This document shows, piece after piece, positions 8,427-18,031 of a stretch of 26,886 bases of DNA. The notes beneath the pieces are model-generated. The model was not told where the DNA came from and did not search any database. It worked only from the letters and a program-made list of their open reading frames with translations. The stretch is from an uncultured Planctomycetaceae bacterium (GTDB lineage Bacteria > Planctomycetota > Planctomycetia > Planctomycetales > Planctomycetaceae). The position numbers and the translations under genes were made by a program. The stretch is from assembly GCA_963976765.1 (NCBI GenBank), contig CAXBME010000002.1, positions 496,001 to 522,886 on the forward strand, given 5' to 3'. The first letter of the stretch is position 1, and every line of letters begins with the position of its first letter.

Positions 8427-10307
8427 ATGAATCCAATCGCCAGAATCTCTGCTTGCCTCACACTTTTACTGGTGACCGCTTTTGCGAAGCACGTCTCAGC
8501 AGCCGACCTGCCGAACATCCTGTGGATCACCAGCGAAGACAACGGGCCAGAGCTGGGCTGCTACGGCGACGACTACGCGATCACGCCGCACATTGACGGT
8601 CTCGCTGAGAAGAGCAGCCGCTATCTGCACTTCTGGTCGAACGCTCCGGTCTGCGCGCCTGCCCGAACGACGATCATTACCGGAGTCTACCCGCCTGCAA
8701 CCGGAGCCGAGCACATGCGCAGCAACGTGCCGCTGTCTCCAAAGCTGAAGATGTATCCGCAGATTCTTCGCGAGGCCGGTTACTACTGCACGAATAACAG
8801 CAAAGAAGATTACAACCAGATCAAGCCGGGGCAGGTGTGGGACGAATCTTCCCGCAAGGCTCACTGGAAGAATCGCAAAGACGGGCAGCCGTTCTTCGCC
8901 ATCTTCAACCACACGATCAGCCACGAAAGTCAGATCAGAAACAAGATCGACCCCAAGAACACAATTCACGATCCGGCGAAAGCTCGAGTCCGAGCCTACC
9001 ACCCGGATACTCCGGAAGTCCGCAAAGACTGGGCTCAGTACTACGACCGCCTGACGATGATGGACGATCTTGTTGGAGAGAATCTGAAAGAGCTGGAGGA
9101 CGCAGGTCTCGCCGAAGACACGATCATTTTTTACTACGGAGACCACGGTTCCGGGATGCCTCGCAGCAAACGCTGGCCGTACAACTCGGGCCTGCACGTT
9201 CCGCTGATCGTTCACATTCCTGAAAAGTTCTCGCATCTTCGCCCGAAAGAATATTCGGCTGGAGGAACGTCCGACCGCCTGACGGCATTCATCGATCTCG
9301 CGCCGACGTTGCTCAGTCTGATCGGCCAGAAGCCGCCGGAATGGATGCAGGGTCACGCCTTCGCCGGAAGATTCGACGCAGGCCCGCAACCTTTTATCTA
9401 CGGATTCCGTGGCCGCATGGATGAACGATACGACCTGCTCCGTTCCGTCACTGACGGTCGGTACGTCTACCTTCGTCAGTACATGCCTCACAAGATTTAC
9501 GGGCAGTACATCCAGTACATGTTTCAAACGCCGACGACGCGAGTCTGGAAAGAGATGTTCGACGCCGGCCAGTTGAACGAAGCTCAAAGTAAATTCTGGC
9601 AACGCAAGCCACCGGAAGAACTCTACGATCTGCACTCTGACCCGGACGAAGTCAACAACCTTGCAAAGTCTCCCGAGCATCAGGCCGTTCTGAAGAAGCT
9701 CCGCAAGGCGCAACGCGACCTCGCCGTGAAGACTCGCGATGTTGGGTTCCTGCCGGAAGACGATCTGCACTCTCTGGCGGAAGGATCAACGCCGTACGAC
9801 GTCGGGCATGATCCATCGAAATACGATCTGGAAACCGTGCTGACCACCGCCGAAGATGCCTCGTCTCTGAGCGCCGATAAAACAGAATCACTGGTCAGAC
9901 GACTGTCTGACAGGAACCGAGCCGTCCGTTACTGGGCGGCGCTCGGTCTGCTCATGCGAGGCGAAGCCGGACTCAAAGCCGGACACGCCCAACTGGTAGT
10001 CGCACTGAAAGACGAGTCACCATCGGTCCGAGTCATCGCCGCACAGGTGCTGGCTCAGTTTGGTTCCGACGCCGATAACGCGAAGGGGCTGGACGTTCTG
10101 CTGAAGCATGCGTCCGTCGAATCAAACACGATCTACGTGGCGATGCTCGCGTTAAACGCGCTGGACGAACTCGACGGTCGAGCAGCGTCAGCAATCGACC
10201 AGATTAAAGCTCTGCCGACAAAATCGGAGACCAGGTATCCGCGAATGGACGCCTACATCCCGAACCTGAAGACAAAAACGCTCGACGATCTTCAGGCTGC
10301 AAAGTAG
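8427..10307 (+). CDS. Secreted formylglycine-dependent sulfatase with C-terminal HEAT-like repeats
   Basis: Signal peptide, PNILWITSED, CAPAR (CxPxR) motif and GDHG. C-terminal repeats AVRYWAALGL and SVRVIAAQVL. Confidence 0.93.
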   Translation: MNPIARISACLTLLLVTAFAKHVSAADLPNILWITSEDNGPELGCYGDDYAITPHIDGLAEKSSRYLHFWSNAPVCAPARTTIITGVYPPATGAEHMRSNVPLSPKLKMYPQILREAGYYCTNNSKEDYNQIKPGQVWDESSRKAHWKNRKDGQPFFAIFNHTISHESQIRNKIDPKNTIHDPAKARVRAYHPDTPEVRKDWAQYYDRLTMMDDLVGENLKELEDAGLAEDTIIFYYGDHGSGMPRSKRWPYNSGLHVPLIVHIPEKFSHLRPKEYSAGGTSDRLTAFIDLAPTLLSLIGQKPPEWMQGHAFAGRFDAGPQPFIYGFRGRMDERYDLLRSVTDGRYVYLRQYMPHKIYGQYIQYMFQTPTTRVWKEMFDAGQLNEAQSKFWQRKPPEELYDLHSDPDEVNNLAKSPEHQAVLKKLRKAQRDLAVKTRDVGFLPEDDLHSLAEGSTPYDVGHDPSKYDLETVLTTAEDASSLSADKTESLVRRLSDRNRAVRYWAALGLLMRGEAGLKAGHAQLVVALKDESPSVRVIAAQVLAQFGSDADNAKGLDVLLKHASVESNTIYVAMLALNALDELDGRAASAIDQIKALPTKSETRYPRMDAYIPNLKTKTLDDLQAAK

Positions 10308-10318
10308 CGACCGGCTGG

Positions 10319-11671
10319 CTACCCGCAGACGCTTTCGAGTCGATCAACCATCGCGTCAACCATGGTTGGGCCGGAGTCCGTTGTGAACGGAAACTGGTTG
10401 CAATACTTCGGTGACTGATAGGCGGCGTAGGTTTTTCGTTCGACATCGTGGGCGTCGGGCATGTAACCGATGCGGCCGTTTGAGTAGCACGACAGGATTA
10501 GAAACGGCAGCGGTGATCGAGCTCGAACGTCGAGAGCCAGCGTTGTGAAAAACTCGGACGAGTTGGTCACGATGGCGAAGTCGCCGATTCTTAATGCCTG
10601 AATCTCGGTCGGCAGTGTTTCCGGTCGTGCTTCGAGATCCTGCTCGATCAACTCGGTCCACTCAACATTGAACCGGCACATGGCTTCGACGGCTTTCCAT
10701 TCGTCGCCGCCGTGTCGAGCAACCATGTCGTCCGGGCGGTTGGTCATGGCTCGACCAATCGATTCGCGCCAGTTGGAAGCGTCTTTCTGCTCAAGCCGTC
10801 GTCGAGCTTCGGCCTGATCGCCAGCGACTTCTTCTTTCATCCAGCGTCGTGTCGGAATTTCGGCAATCGCAACGCTGGCGGCGATGATCGACGTGTCGAG
10901 TTCTTCGGCATCGTTCAGCGAAGTGAGTACGGCTTCGACGACGATTCTGCCCGGCTCTTCGTGCCGATCGGGCGAGGTGAATTCACGGAGAAAGTTGACA
11001 TCTCCGCAGGCGCCTTGAAGATAGATTGCCGTGCAGCCGGAATGTGCCGTTTCGATGAGATCGCAGATCTGGCCTGGAACGTCGCGGCTGACGCTTCGAG
11101 GTCGCAAGACGGTGGTAACAGTCGGATGAGCCTGAAAGCCGACGACGATCGCCAGCGGCGAATGATCCAGCCGATCGACGCGTAGTGAAGTAGCCGTCTC
11201 GTCAACCGGGCCGTTTTCGCGAGTTCGATTAAACGTAATCCCGGAGACTGCCGTCGCCGCTGCGGAAACTGTGACCGATTCGCGATCCTGCCAGGCAAGA
11301 ATCGCCGACGTCGCGGCTTCGCCAGCGGCCCAGACTTCGTAAACGGGGTCGACTTCCCCAACGCCTCGCAAACCTTCAGACGCCGGCGCGTTGTGTGTGT
11401 GAGTGCAGCTTACAAGAATGTTCTGCGGCGGAATGCCGGTCGTTTCGGAAATCTGCTGCCGGACTGTCCGCGTGAATTCAGAACTGATCACCATCAGGTC
11501 GACTGAAACGATGGCGATTGCCTGATTCCCGTTTTCAATGACCAGGGAAGTCGCATTCAGATCGTCATGGACGTCGAGCCAGGTTCGATTGAGATAATAA
11601 CCCCACCCGGTCAACTCAACACCCCGGAACGGACTGATCTTTCTGCGAGCGATGCCAGCGGTCGTCGTCAT
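10319..11671 (-). CDS. Neutral/alkaline ceramidase-like hydrolase
   Basis: AGIARRKISP, VHDDL, SCTHTHNAP, AHPT, LQGACGDVN, IQALRIGD and GYMP motifs. Start at ATG 11671, which avoids overlap with the divergent gene. Confidence 0.85.
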   Translation of the reverse strand: MTTTAGIARRKISPFRGVELTGWGYYLNRTWLDVHDDLNATSLVIENGNQAIAIVSVDLMVISSEFTRTVRQQISETTGIPPQNILVSCTHTHNAPASEGLRGVGEVDPVYEVWAAGEAATSAILAWQDRESVTVSAAATAVSGITFNRTRENGPVDETATSLRVDRLDHSPLAIVVGFQAHPTVTTVLRPRSVSRDVPGQICDLIETAHSGCTAIYLQGACGDVNFLREFTSPDRHEEPGRIVVEAVLTSLNDAEELDTSIIAASVAIAEIPTRRWMKEEVAGDQAEARRRLEQKDASNWRESIGRAMTNRPDDMVARHGGDEWKAVEAMCRFNVEWTELIEQDLEARPETLPTEIQALRIGDFAIVTNSSEFFTTLALDVRARSPLPFLILSCYSNGRIGYMPDAHDVERKTYAAYQSPKYCNQFPFTTDSGPTMVDAMVDRLESVCG

Positions 11672-11770
11672 GATCAAGCTCTCAACCAGTGATAAATTCA
11701 GACGAAGTAAACAGTCAGTCTGTGATACATTTTCAGCGTGATCTCTTACCAGCCACCGCCGGAGTATTTC

Positions 11771-12889
11771 ATGAAGATTACAAAGATCACAACGCATCCA
11801 GTTCGAATTCCGCTGCGGCCAGAGTACCACATGGTGTCAGCGCTCGGGCGGCATGAAGTTTCCGAGTACCTGCTGGTTCGCATCGAAACAGACGCCGGTA
11901 TCGATGGCGTGGGCGAAGCAACGATCATGTCGCGGTGGAGCGGTGAGACCGTCTGGGGAGCGCAGGCCCTGGTCGACCGACTGTTTGCGCCACTGCTGAT
12001 CGGCGTCGACCCGTTCGACATTCAGGCCATCGACGGAGTGATGGACGCAGCCGCCAAAGATAACTGGTTCGCCAAGTCGGCCATTGAAATGGCGTGCTGG
12101 GATATTCAAGGTAAGGACGCCGGTAAGCCCGTCTACGAACTGCTTGGCGGAGCCGTCAGACCGATGTCGATTCGCTGTCGGTTTTCGATGGGCGCGTACT
12201 CTGAGGAGCGAGCAGCCACTCGCGCCGCCGAACTTGTCGCGCGAGGCTTCACGACAATCAAAGTAAAAGTCGGAACCGGTCTGGAAGACGATGTCCGCCG
12301 GGTCCGAGCCGTTCGCAATTCAATCGGTACCGACTATGACATCGTGATCGACGCCAACTGCGGCTACGACGCCGACACAGCCATCGAAGTCGCCAGCCAG
12401 TTGGGTGATGCGGGCGTCGCTCTGTTTGAGCAACCGACTCCGCGAAATGACTTCACCGGCCTGGCCAGAGTCCGCAGCTCGATCGAGCCGCTGGTGATGG
12501 CTGACGACATTTGTTTTGACGTCACGCACGCTCGCGAATGTCTGCGACACGAAGCGTGCGACGTCATCAGCGTTTACCCTGGCAAAAACGGCGGCATCCG
12601 GAAATCGAAAGAGATCATCGACCTGGCGGCAGAATCCGGAGTCGCGTGCAGCGTTGGCTCGAATCTTGAACTCGACGTCGCCTCAGCCGCGATGTGTCAC
12701 CTCGTCGTCGCGTGCGAAAATATGAACGTCGAAAAATTTCCGGGCGACATCATGGGGCCGGAATATCACGAGTTTCGCATCGTGAAAGAGCCGCTCGAAA
12801 TTTCAGGTGCCGAAATTACGTTGACCGATCGTCCCGGATTGGGAGTTGACGTGGACTGGGCACTGGTTGAACAGAATCCGGTCACGTGA
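11771..12889 (+). CDS. Enolase-superfamily enzyme (muconate cycloisomerase / mandelate racemase type), atypical active site
   Basis: GGAG RBS then MKITKI. GVGEA, AIEMACWDI.GK..GKPVYELLGG, KxK (IKVKVG), metal ligands in DAN / EQP / ADD, and PGLGVDVD. Confidence 0.9.
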   Translation: MKITKITTHPVRIPLRPEYHMVSALGRHEVSEYLLVRIETDAGIDGVGEATIMSRWSGETVWGAQALVDRLFAPLLIGVDPFDIQAIDGVMDAAAKDNWFAKSAIEMACWDIQGKDAGKPVYELLGGAVRPMSIRCRFSMGAYSEERAATRAAELVARGFTTIKVKVGTGLEDDVRRVRAVRNSIGTDYDIVIDANCGYDADTAIEVASQLGDAGVALFEQPTPRNDFTGLARVRSSIEPLVMADDICFDVTHARECLRHEACDVISVYPGKNGGIRKSKEIIDLAAESGVACSVGSNLELDVASAAMCHLVVACENMNVEKFPGDIMGPEYHEFRIVKEPLEISGAEITLTDRPGLGVDVDWALVEQNPVT

Positions 12890-13163
12890 CGCCGACCGTT
12901 CATATCGCAACTCCTTACATCGCAACTCACAGATGCTGGAACAGCGAGGTGCTTGTTCCTGCCTGCGAAATACTCACAACCTCGTCCCACAAATCTGATT
13001 CGATACCGACCTGCTCTTGTGTTGCGGGGCAGGTCTGAAACAATGGTTGTCCGCTTTGCCCGCCGGTGCGATCTTCATTTCAAGCGGTCATTTCGACCAT
13101 CGTGATTCTCTTACGGGAACAAGCCTCTTGGTTACCCTACTCAACCTTCCAGGCAGCCTTTTT

Positions 13164-15332
13164 ATGAGCTGTGCCTGGCGATGCCGATTTTCGGCGGCAA
13201 TCGCGCTGTCGTTTCTCGCAGTTTTTGCGACAGAGCACACGGCGACCGCTCAGGAGAGTACCCGATCGCATCGGCTGCTCGGAAACGGTCTCCCCACACT
13301 CAGCGGCGGGCAGTCGCAAATGGAGTTGTTCCGGCGGCTGCAAATGCTGTCGGGAGCCGCCCAGGCGAATGGAAAGACGCCAGCGGATTCGCCACTGGCT
13401 GATCCTGAAGCCTTGCGACGGCTGCAACAGGCGATGCAGAGTCTCCAGAATCGGAACCCGGAGCCGTTCAGAAACGCTCCGCCAGGCCAGCAAGGTGCTC
13501 CGCCCGCGAGTGATGGATCGTCGGGAGACAATCGAAACGCCGGCTCGCCTCAAACTTTTCCGGGTGGTCGCAACACAAATTCCAGACAGCCGGGGGCGGA
13601 GTCGACTCCTGAGCGTTCGGCCCTGCAACGAATTGCGGAGCAGATGGGACTTTCGCTCGACGGTCCTAACGAAATCTCACCCGATGCGGGCACGTCGACG
13701 GCCGACTCAACGGATCGGCAACCTCGGTCGAACGATCGTTCCAGAGCCGATTCGAACCCGGGAACTCGATCACCCAATACTCTGCCGGGACAGAATCCTG
13801 ACAATCGCTTTCCAGGCTTCAATCCTGCCCAACCTCGCAACGATAAAGATCGCAATGACGAGGATCGCGGAGCCAGCAGAAACTCCAACAGTGCCGCTTC
13901 GCCAGGCAGGACGACAGGGCGACCGTCGCCGAGTCAAAAGCCATCGTCGAATTCTCCCGGTCGTTCCGGCGAGGACCGCTCGACGCCAGGAAGCAACGGG
14001 CGGCCAGTGCCCGGACACGAAACCGTTGAACCGATCGAGCCGCCGAAGGGGACCATTCAGTCCTGGCTCGACTGGATGAAAAAGCAGGATCAATCTGCCA
14101 GAGGCGGAGAACTTTCTCCCAATCCCTCAGGCTCATCGCCGAATCGTTCATCAGCCGCTCGATCAGACGCCCCTGGCGACGGGCGATCGCCGCAGCCACG
14201 AACCGGTGCTGGAAGTCTTCCGCGAAATTCCGGACAGGGACGCGAAGGCTCGGCAACCGGTCGAGCATCGATTCCCAAAGAACCGTCACTTCCAGACACA
14301 AGCTGGTTCCCCGGAGGCAGCATCGCTCCACCGCGGTCTCAACAAGCAGGGCCGGGACAAGGAAACTCGGCGACAGCACAAGGCGGAACCAATCGCTTGG
14401 GAACTAAACCTGGTGGAAGCGATCGATCACCGAGCGGTGCCCAAACGCCGGATCGGAAAGCCGATGAACCCAGCAGTCCATGGAGTCTTTGGGCGAGCGA
14501 CAATGAAAACGAGGCAGATTCAGCGGCTCAGGAGCGTTTGAACGCTCAACGCCAGGAACGCCTGGATGAGGTACGCGACTCGAAAAAAACGCTGCGTCAG
14601 AAACTGGCAGACATCGCGAAGCTGGCTCGCTCAGAAAGTAATGACAACGAGACGTCCGATGCCGCAACAGATTCAGAAGCGGGCGACAGTCTTCAATCGG
14701 CTTTCGTCGAGGCGCTGGCAGAAGCGACCAAAGGGCTGGCGGAACAGGTCGACGGGATTGTGACAGATGATCGGTTCTCGCGGCAGGATCGCGGCAGCCG
14801 CTCTTCACGCCGCGAACGTGGTGGTCCGTTTGGGCAATTCGCCGGACTCGGCAACCGGGCTAACGAATGGTTCGCCGACGCTGTCGAACCCGACGCTCCG
14901 TCAACTTCCATCATGAGCAATGGTCTTTCAGGGTCTGCTGGAGATGGAAGCCGGCTTTCGTCGGGACTGCTGGTCGGGCTGCTGATTGTCTGCGGACTGG
15001 TTTTCTGGATGCTTCAGAAAAAACGCATCGGATCACAATCGCCAGGTGGTTACTCGACGCTGAGTCCGGCTCCAGCAAATCTGCAGAACCGGCAGGACAT
15101 TGTCCAGGCGTTTCATGACCTGGCCGCTCGATGTCCTGACGTGCTGGCAGACTGGTGGACTCACGATCGAGCGGCGCAGGCTCTGGCATCGGCAAGACCA
15201 GACGTGGACGAGGAAGTCCGGCAACTGGCTCGACTTTACGAGCAGGCCAGGTACCTTCCTGTCGAGTCACCCCTGACGGACGAACAACTCGCAGCAGCAA
15301 AGGCCGCCTGGCTGCGGTGCCGAAAGTCATGA
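13164..15332 (+). CDS. Large membrane-anchored protein with long disordered region and C-terminal DUF4129-like domain
   Basis: Signal peptide, about 400 aa of Pro/Ser/Gly/Arg-rich sequence, a TM helix (LLVGLLIVCGLVFWML) and C-terminal WWTH..LARLYEQARY. First gene of the MoxR cluster. Confidence 0.75.
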   Translation: MSCAWRCRFSAAIALSFLAVFATEHTATAQESTRSHRLLGNGLPTLSGGQSQMELFRRLQMLSGAAQANGKTPADSPLADPEALRRLQQAMQSLQNRNPEPFRNAPPGQQGAPPASDGSSGDNRNAGSPQTFPGGRNTNSRQPGAESTPERSALQRIAEQMGLSLDGPNEISPDAGTSTADSTDRQPRSNDRSRADSNPGTRSPNTLPGQNPDNRFPGFNPAQPRNDKDRNDEDRGASRNSNSAASPGRTTGRPSPSQKPSSNSPGRSGEDRSTPGSNGRPVPGHETVEPIEPPKGTIQSWLDWMKKQDQSARGGELSPNPSGSSPNRSSAARSDAPGDGRSPQPRTGAGSLPRNSGQGREGSATGRASIPKEPSLPDTSWFPGGSIAPPRSQQAGPGQGNSATAQGGTNRLGTKPGGSDRSPSGAQTPDRKADEPSSPWSLWASDNENEADSAAQERLNAQRQERLDEVRDSKKTLRQKLADIAKLARSESNDNETSDAATDSEAGDSLQSAFVEALAEATKGLAEQVDGIVTDDRFSRQDRGSRSSRRERGGPFGQFAGLGNRANEWFADAVEPDAPSTSIMSNGLSGSAGDGSRLSSGLLVGLLIVCGLVFWMLQKKRIGSQSPGGYSTLSPAPANLQNRQDIVQAFHDLAARCPDVLADWWTHDRAAQALASARPDVDEEVRQLARLYEQARYLPVESPLTDEQLAAAKAAWLRCRKS

Positions 15333-16924
15333 AGCGAGTCTTACCAGCATTTCCCACGAACGCTGCATTCGCAGTGTCGAAACACGGAATTACCGGCAGG
15401 GGGCGCCCCGACGCTGTGCCAGTCGGCCCGGCGTGTCAGGATGCACCCTGCGTCTGTTGCCCATCGTTATTAGTTCTTGTTCGCTGTCTGACGATGGCGA
15501 CTCTGATTTTCGTAACGACCAGCCAACCGACCAGCGCTCAGGACTTTGAAGCCTTCGAGCCACCCGGACTTCTGCCGCCGGCCGGAGCGATGACGGCATT
15601 GGCTCAAGCGGGGCAACCGGAATGGCAGTTTGGATTTCAGCTGTTCCATCTGCTGCTCGAACAGAAAGGTATGTATTCGGTTCCTGACTTCCGCGAGTCG
15701 ATGGATCGTCGGCCTCGGCAGACCGCCGTTGTGCTGATGGGCGATCTGAATCGCGTACCAACGGACCTCCGCTCTCGCTTGCTGAAATTTCTCGACAGCG
15801 GCGGAGTCGTGCTGGTTGCTTCGGACGAGACGTCGTACTTCAAGAGTCTGTTTCTGATTTCGGGCGACGAGTTTGAAGTTCGGGATGACAACTCTGCCTA
15901 CCAGGGATTCCGTGACTGCCCGGTCGTGAACGAGCTTCGTCCAGGTACTCCCGTCCTGAAAGGAATCAGCAGCCTTGTGGCCAACCGCCCCGGCATCATC
16001 TCGCGCATGGATGATCGTTTCGGAAACTGGAGTATCCTTGCTCGACTTCCTGACCTTATCGACTCACGGTCTCGACGCCGGTCGCAAGCGCCGCTGATGG
16101 CCGAGTGGAAAAGCCGCCAGCGAGGCGGTGGTCGACTGCTGCTGATGGCTGATCACAGCGTGCTGATCAACGGTATGTTGTGGCACGGTGACAACGCCAA
16201 ACTAGCCGTAAACATCGTCGACTGGCTAAGCACCGGCGACCGCAAAGAAGTTGCCTTTATCGTCGATGGCGAACCCGCCCAGGCGATGCTGGCCTTGCCG
16301 CCGGAACTTTCCGACGAACTGCCGCCGCTGGAAGAATTACCGACCCCCACCCTGAAAGATTTATTGAAACTTCCGCCAGAGGTGCTGCTCAAGTTTGCCA
16401 ACCGGTTCGCTGCCGGGATGGAAGACGCGGATGTCATGAACGAACTGCTCGCCAACCAGCCGGCTGATCTGCCAACCTCGCAGTACCGGCAGGCGTTGTA
16501 CATTGCGATGGGAATTCTGGCAGCGATCTACATACTCCGCCTGATGGGAAAAGTTGGTTCCCGCCCGCCGACTCGTCCACCTCGGGCGGTTGGTCAGTCG
16601 GTGAACTTTATTCCCGAGCCGCCACTCTCGTCCGGCGCGTTGCAGGTGGCAAAGCAGCAACTGGCGCAAAGTGCCTTGCGACAGTTAACCGGCTCATCAG
16701 ATCCGCAGGACTGGTCGATCCCGGTCGACGACGTCGAGATCGATACCGGAGTCATTCGCCGGCTGTTTGTCCGCGAGCAACTGAAACGGCTTAAGAAAAT
16801 GGCAACCGGCTCAAACCAGGCGTTGACGACTCCTCGTGACCTGAAACGACTTGCCAGACTGATCGCCAGCGTGGTCAGTCTGCAGAAAGAGGGTCGACTC
16901 CGGCATCCATCAATCCTGACGTGA
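15329..16924 (+). CDS. DUF4350-like membrane protein of MoxR operon
   Basis: ATGA overlap with the upstream stop (15329-15332). FLDSGGVVLVASD and GGGRLLLMADHSVLINGML..DNAKLAVNIVDWL motifs, plus a C-terminal TM helix. A later start is possible. Confidence 0.75.
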   Translation: MKRVLPAFPTNAAFAVSKHGITGRGRPDAVPVGPACQDAPCVCCPSLLVLVRCLTMATLIFVTTSQPTSAQDFEAFEPPGLLPPAGAMTALAQAGQPEWQFGFQLFHLLLEQKGMYSVPDFRESMDRRPRQTAVVLMGDLNRVPTDLRSRLLKFLDSGGVVLVASDETSYFKSLFLISGDEFEVRDDNSAYQGFRDCPVVNELRPGTPVLKGISSLVANRPGIISRMDDRFGNWSILARLPDLIDSRSRRRSQAPLMAEWKSRQRGGGRLLLMADHSVLINGMLWHGDNAKLAVNIVDWLSTGDRKEVAFIVDGEPAQAMLALPPELSDELPPLEELPTPTLKDLLKLPPEVLLKFANRFAAGMEDADVMNELLANQPADLPTSQYRQALYIAMGILAAIYILRLMGKVGSRPPTRPPRAVGQSVNFIPEPPLSSGALQVAKQQLAQSALRQLTGSSDPQDWSIPVDDVEIDTGVIRRLFVREQLKRLKKMATGSNQALTTPRDLKRLARLIASVVSLQKEGRLRHPSILT

Positions 16925-17016
16925 TGAGACTTTCTGATATCGTTGCCGGTTTGATCGCGTTTCGCTGATTTTACACACCCTTGATTTACCACTTTGAAAA
17001 CACAACGAGGCAATGC

Positions 17017-17976
17017 GTGGATTTTTCCGATACGAAGAAACTCGCGGCACGAGTTACCGAGTTGCGTGACCAGGTTCTCTCCGCTGTGGGCGAGGTCGTC
17101 GTTGGCCTGGAACCTGTCACTCTGCAACTGTTGACCGCGTTACTGGCTGGCGGCCATGCCCTGCTGGAAGGCGTTCCCGGCACGGCGAAGACCACGTTGT
17201 GCCGCACCTTTTCACAAGTGCTGGGCATTGATTATCAGCGAGTCCAATTTACGCCTGACCTGCTGCCGACGGACGTCGTCGGCACCCAGATTCTCGATCG
17301 GCAGACCAGCGAATTTGTACTTCGCAAGGGACCGATCTTCTGTCAGCTGATGCTGGCCGACGAACTGAACCGTGCTCCGGCCAGAACTCAATCCGCTCTG
17401 CTTGAAGCCATGCAGGAAAAGCAGGTGACGATCGAAGGTAACACGCTGCCACTCCCAAGACCGTTCATGGTAATGGCGACTCAGAACCCGATCGAGCAGG
17501 AAGGCGTCTATCGACTGCCGGAAGCTCAGTTGGACCGGTTCCTGTTCCGCATCGACGTTGGATACCCATCGCGCGATCATGAAGTCGACATGCTCGATCT
17601 GCACAGCAAAGTCCCGATGACACCAGCCTCGGTCAGCACTCCGGAAGAAGTGACGGCGATTCAGGATGCTATCGATTCCGTGTATGGCTCTCGCGAATTG
17701 CGGGAATACACCATCGATCTCGTCCGCCGCAGCCGGGAACATCACGACCTGATTCTCGGCGGTAGTCCGCGAGCGGCCATTTATCTGATGAAAGCTGCCA
17801 GAACTCACGCTCTGCTGCGAGGCGTCCCGTACCTCACCCACGAAGATATTCAGTCGGTCGCGCTGCCGGTTCTGGGACATCGGCTGATACTTCAGCCAGA
17901 AGCCGAAATGGAAGGCCGTCAGGTCAGCGACATCGTCAACGAGTTGATTCAGACGGTGCCGGTCTTGAAAAGCTGA
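17017..17976 (+). CDS. moxR: MoxR family AAA+ ATPase
   Basis: GHALLEGVPGTAKT (Walker A), RVQFTPDLLPTD, LADELNRAP (Walker B), ATQNPIEQEG.Y.LPEAQLDRF and GGSPRA. GTG 17017 is preceded by GAGG. Confidence 0.95.
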   Translation: MDFSDTKKLAARVTELRDQVLSAVGEVVVGLEPVTLQLLTALLAGGHALLEGVPGTAKTTLCRTFSQVLGIDYQRVQFTPDLLPTDVVGTQILDRQTSEFVLRKGPIFCQLMLADELNRAPARTQSALLEAMQEKQVTIEGNTLPLPRPFMVMATQNPIEQEGVYRLPEAQLDRFLFRIDVGYPSRDHEVDMLDLHSKVPMTPASVSTPEEVTAIQDAIDSVYGSRELREYTIDLVRRSREHHDLILGGSPRAAIYLMKAARTHALLRGVPYLTHEDIQSVALPVLGHRLILQPEAEMEGRQVSDIVNELIQTVPVLKS

Positions 17977-18031
17977 AATACGCGGCAATTCACCTTTCTC
18001 GTTCTCAACTTTCTGACCGTCCGAATTCGGC

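Noticed and set aside
8496..9770. 424-aa minus-strand ORF and similar long antisense ORFs (30-653, 17212-18105, 7578-8375)
   Set aside because: They are shadows of well-supported genes on the opposite strand, common in GC-rich DNA, and carry no motifs.
11672..11830. Extended starts of the ceramidase-like (11830) and enolase (11738) ORFs
   Set aside because: They would overlap head-to-head. Family-like sequence starts at 11671 and 11771, and the latter has a GGAG RBS.
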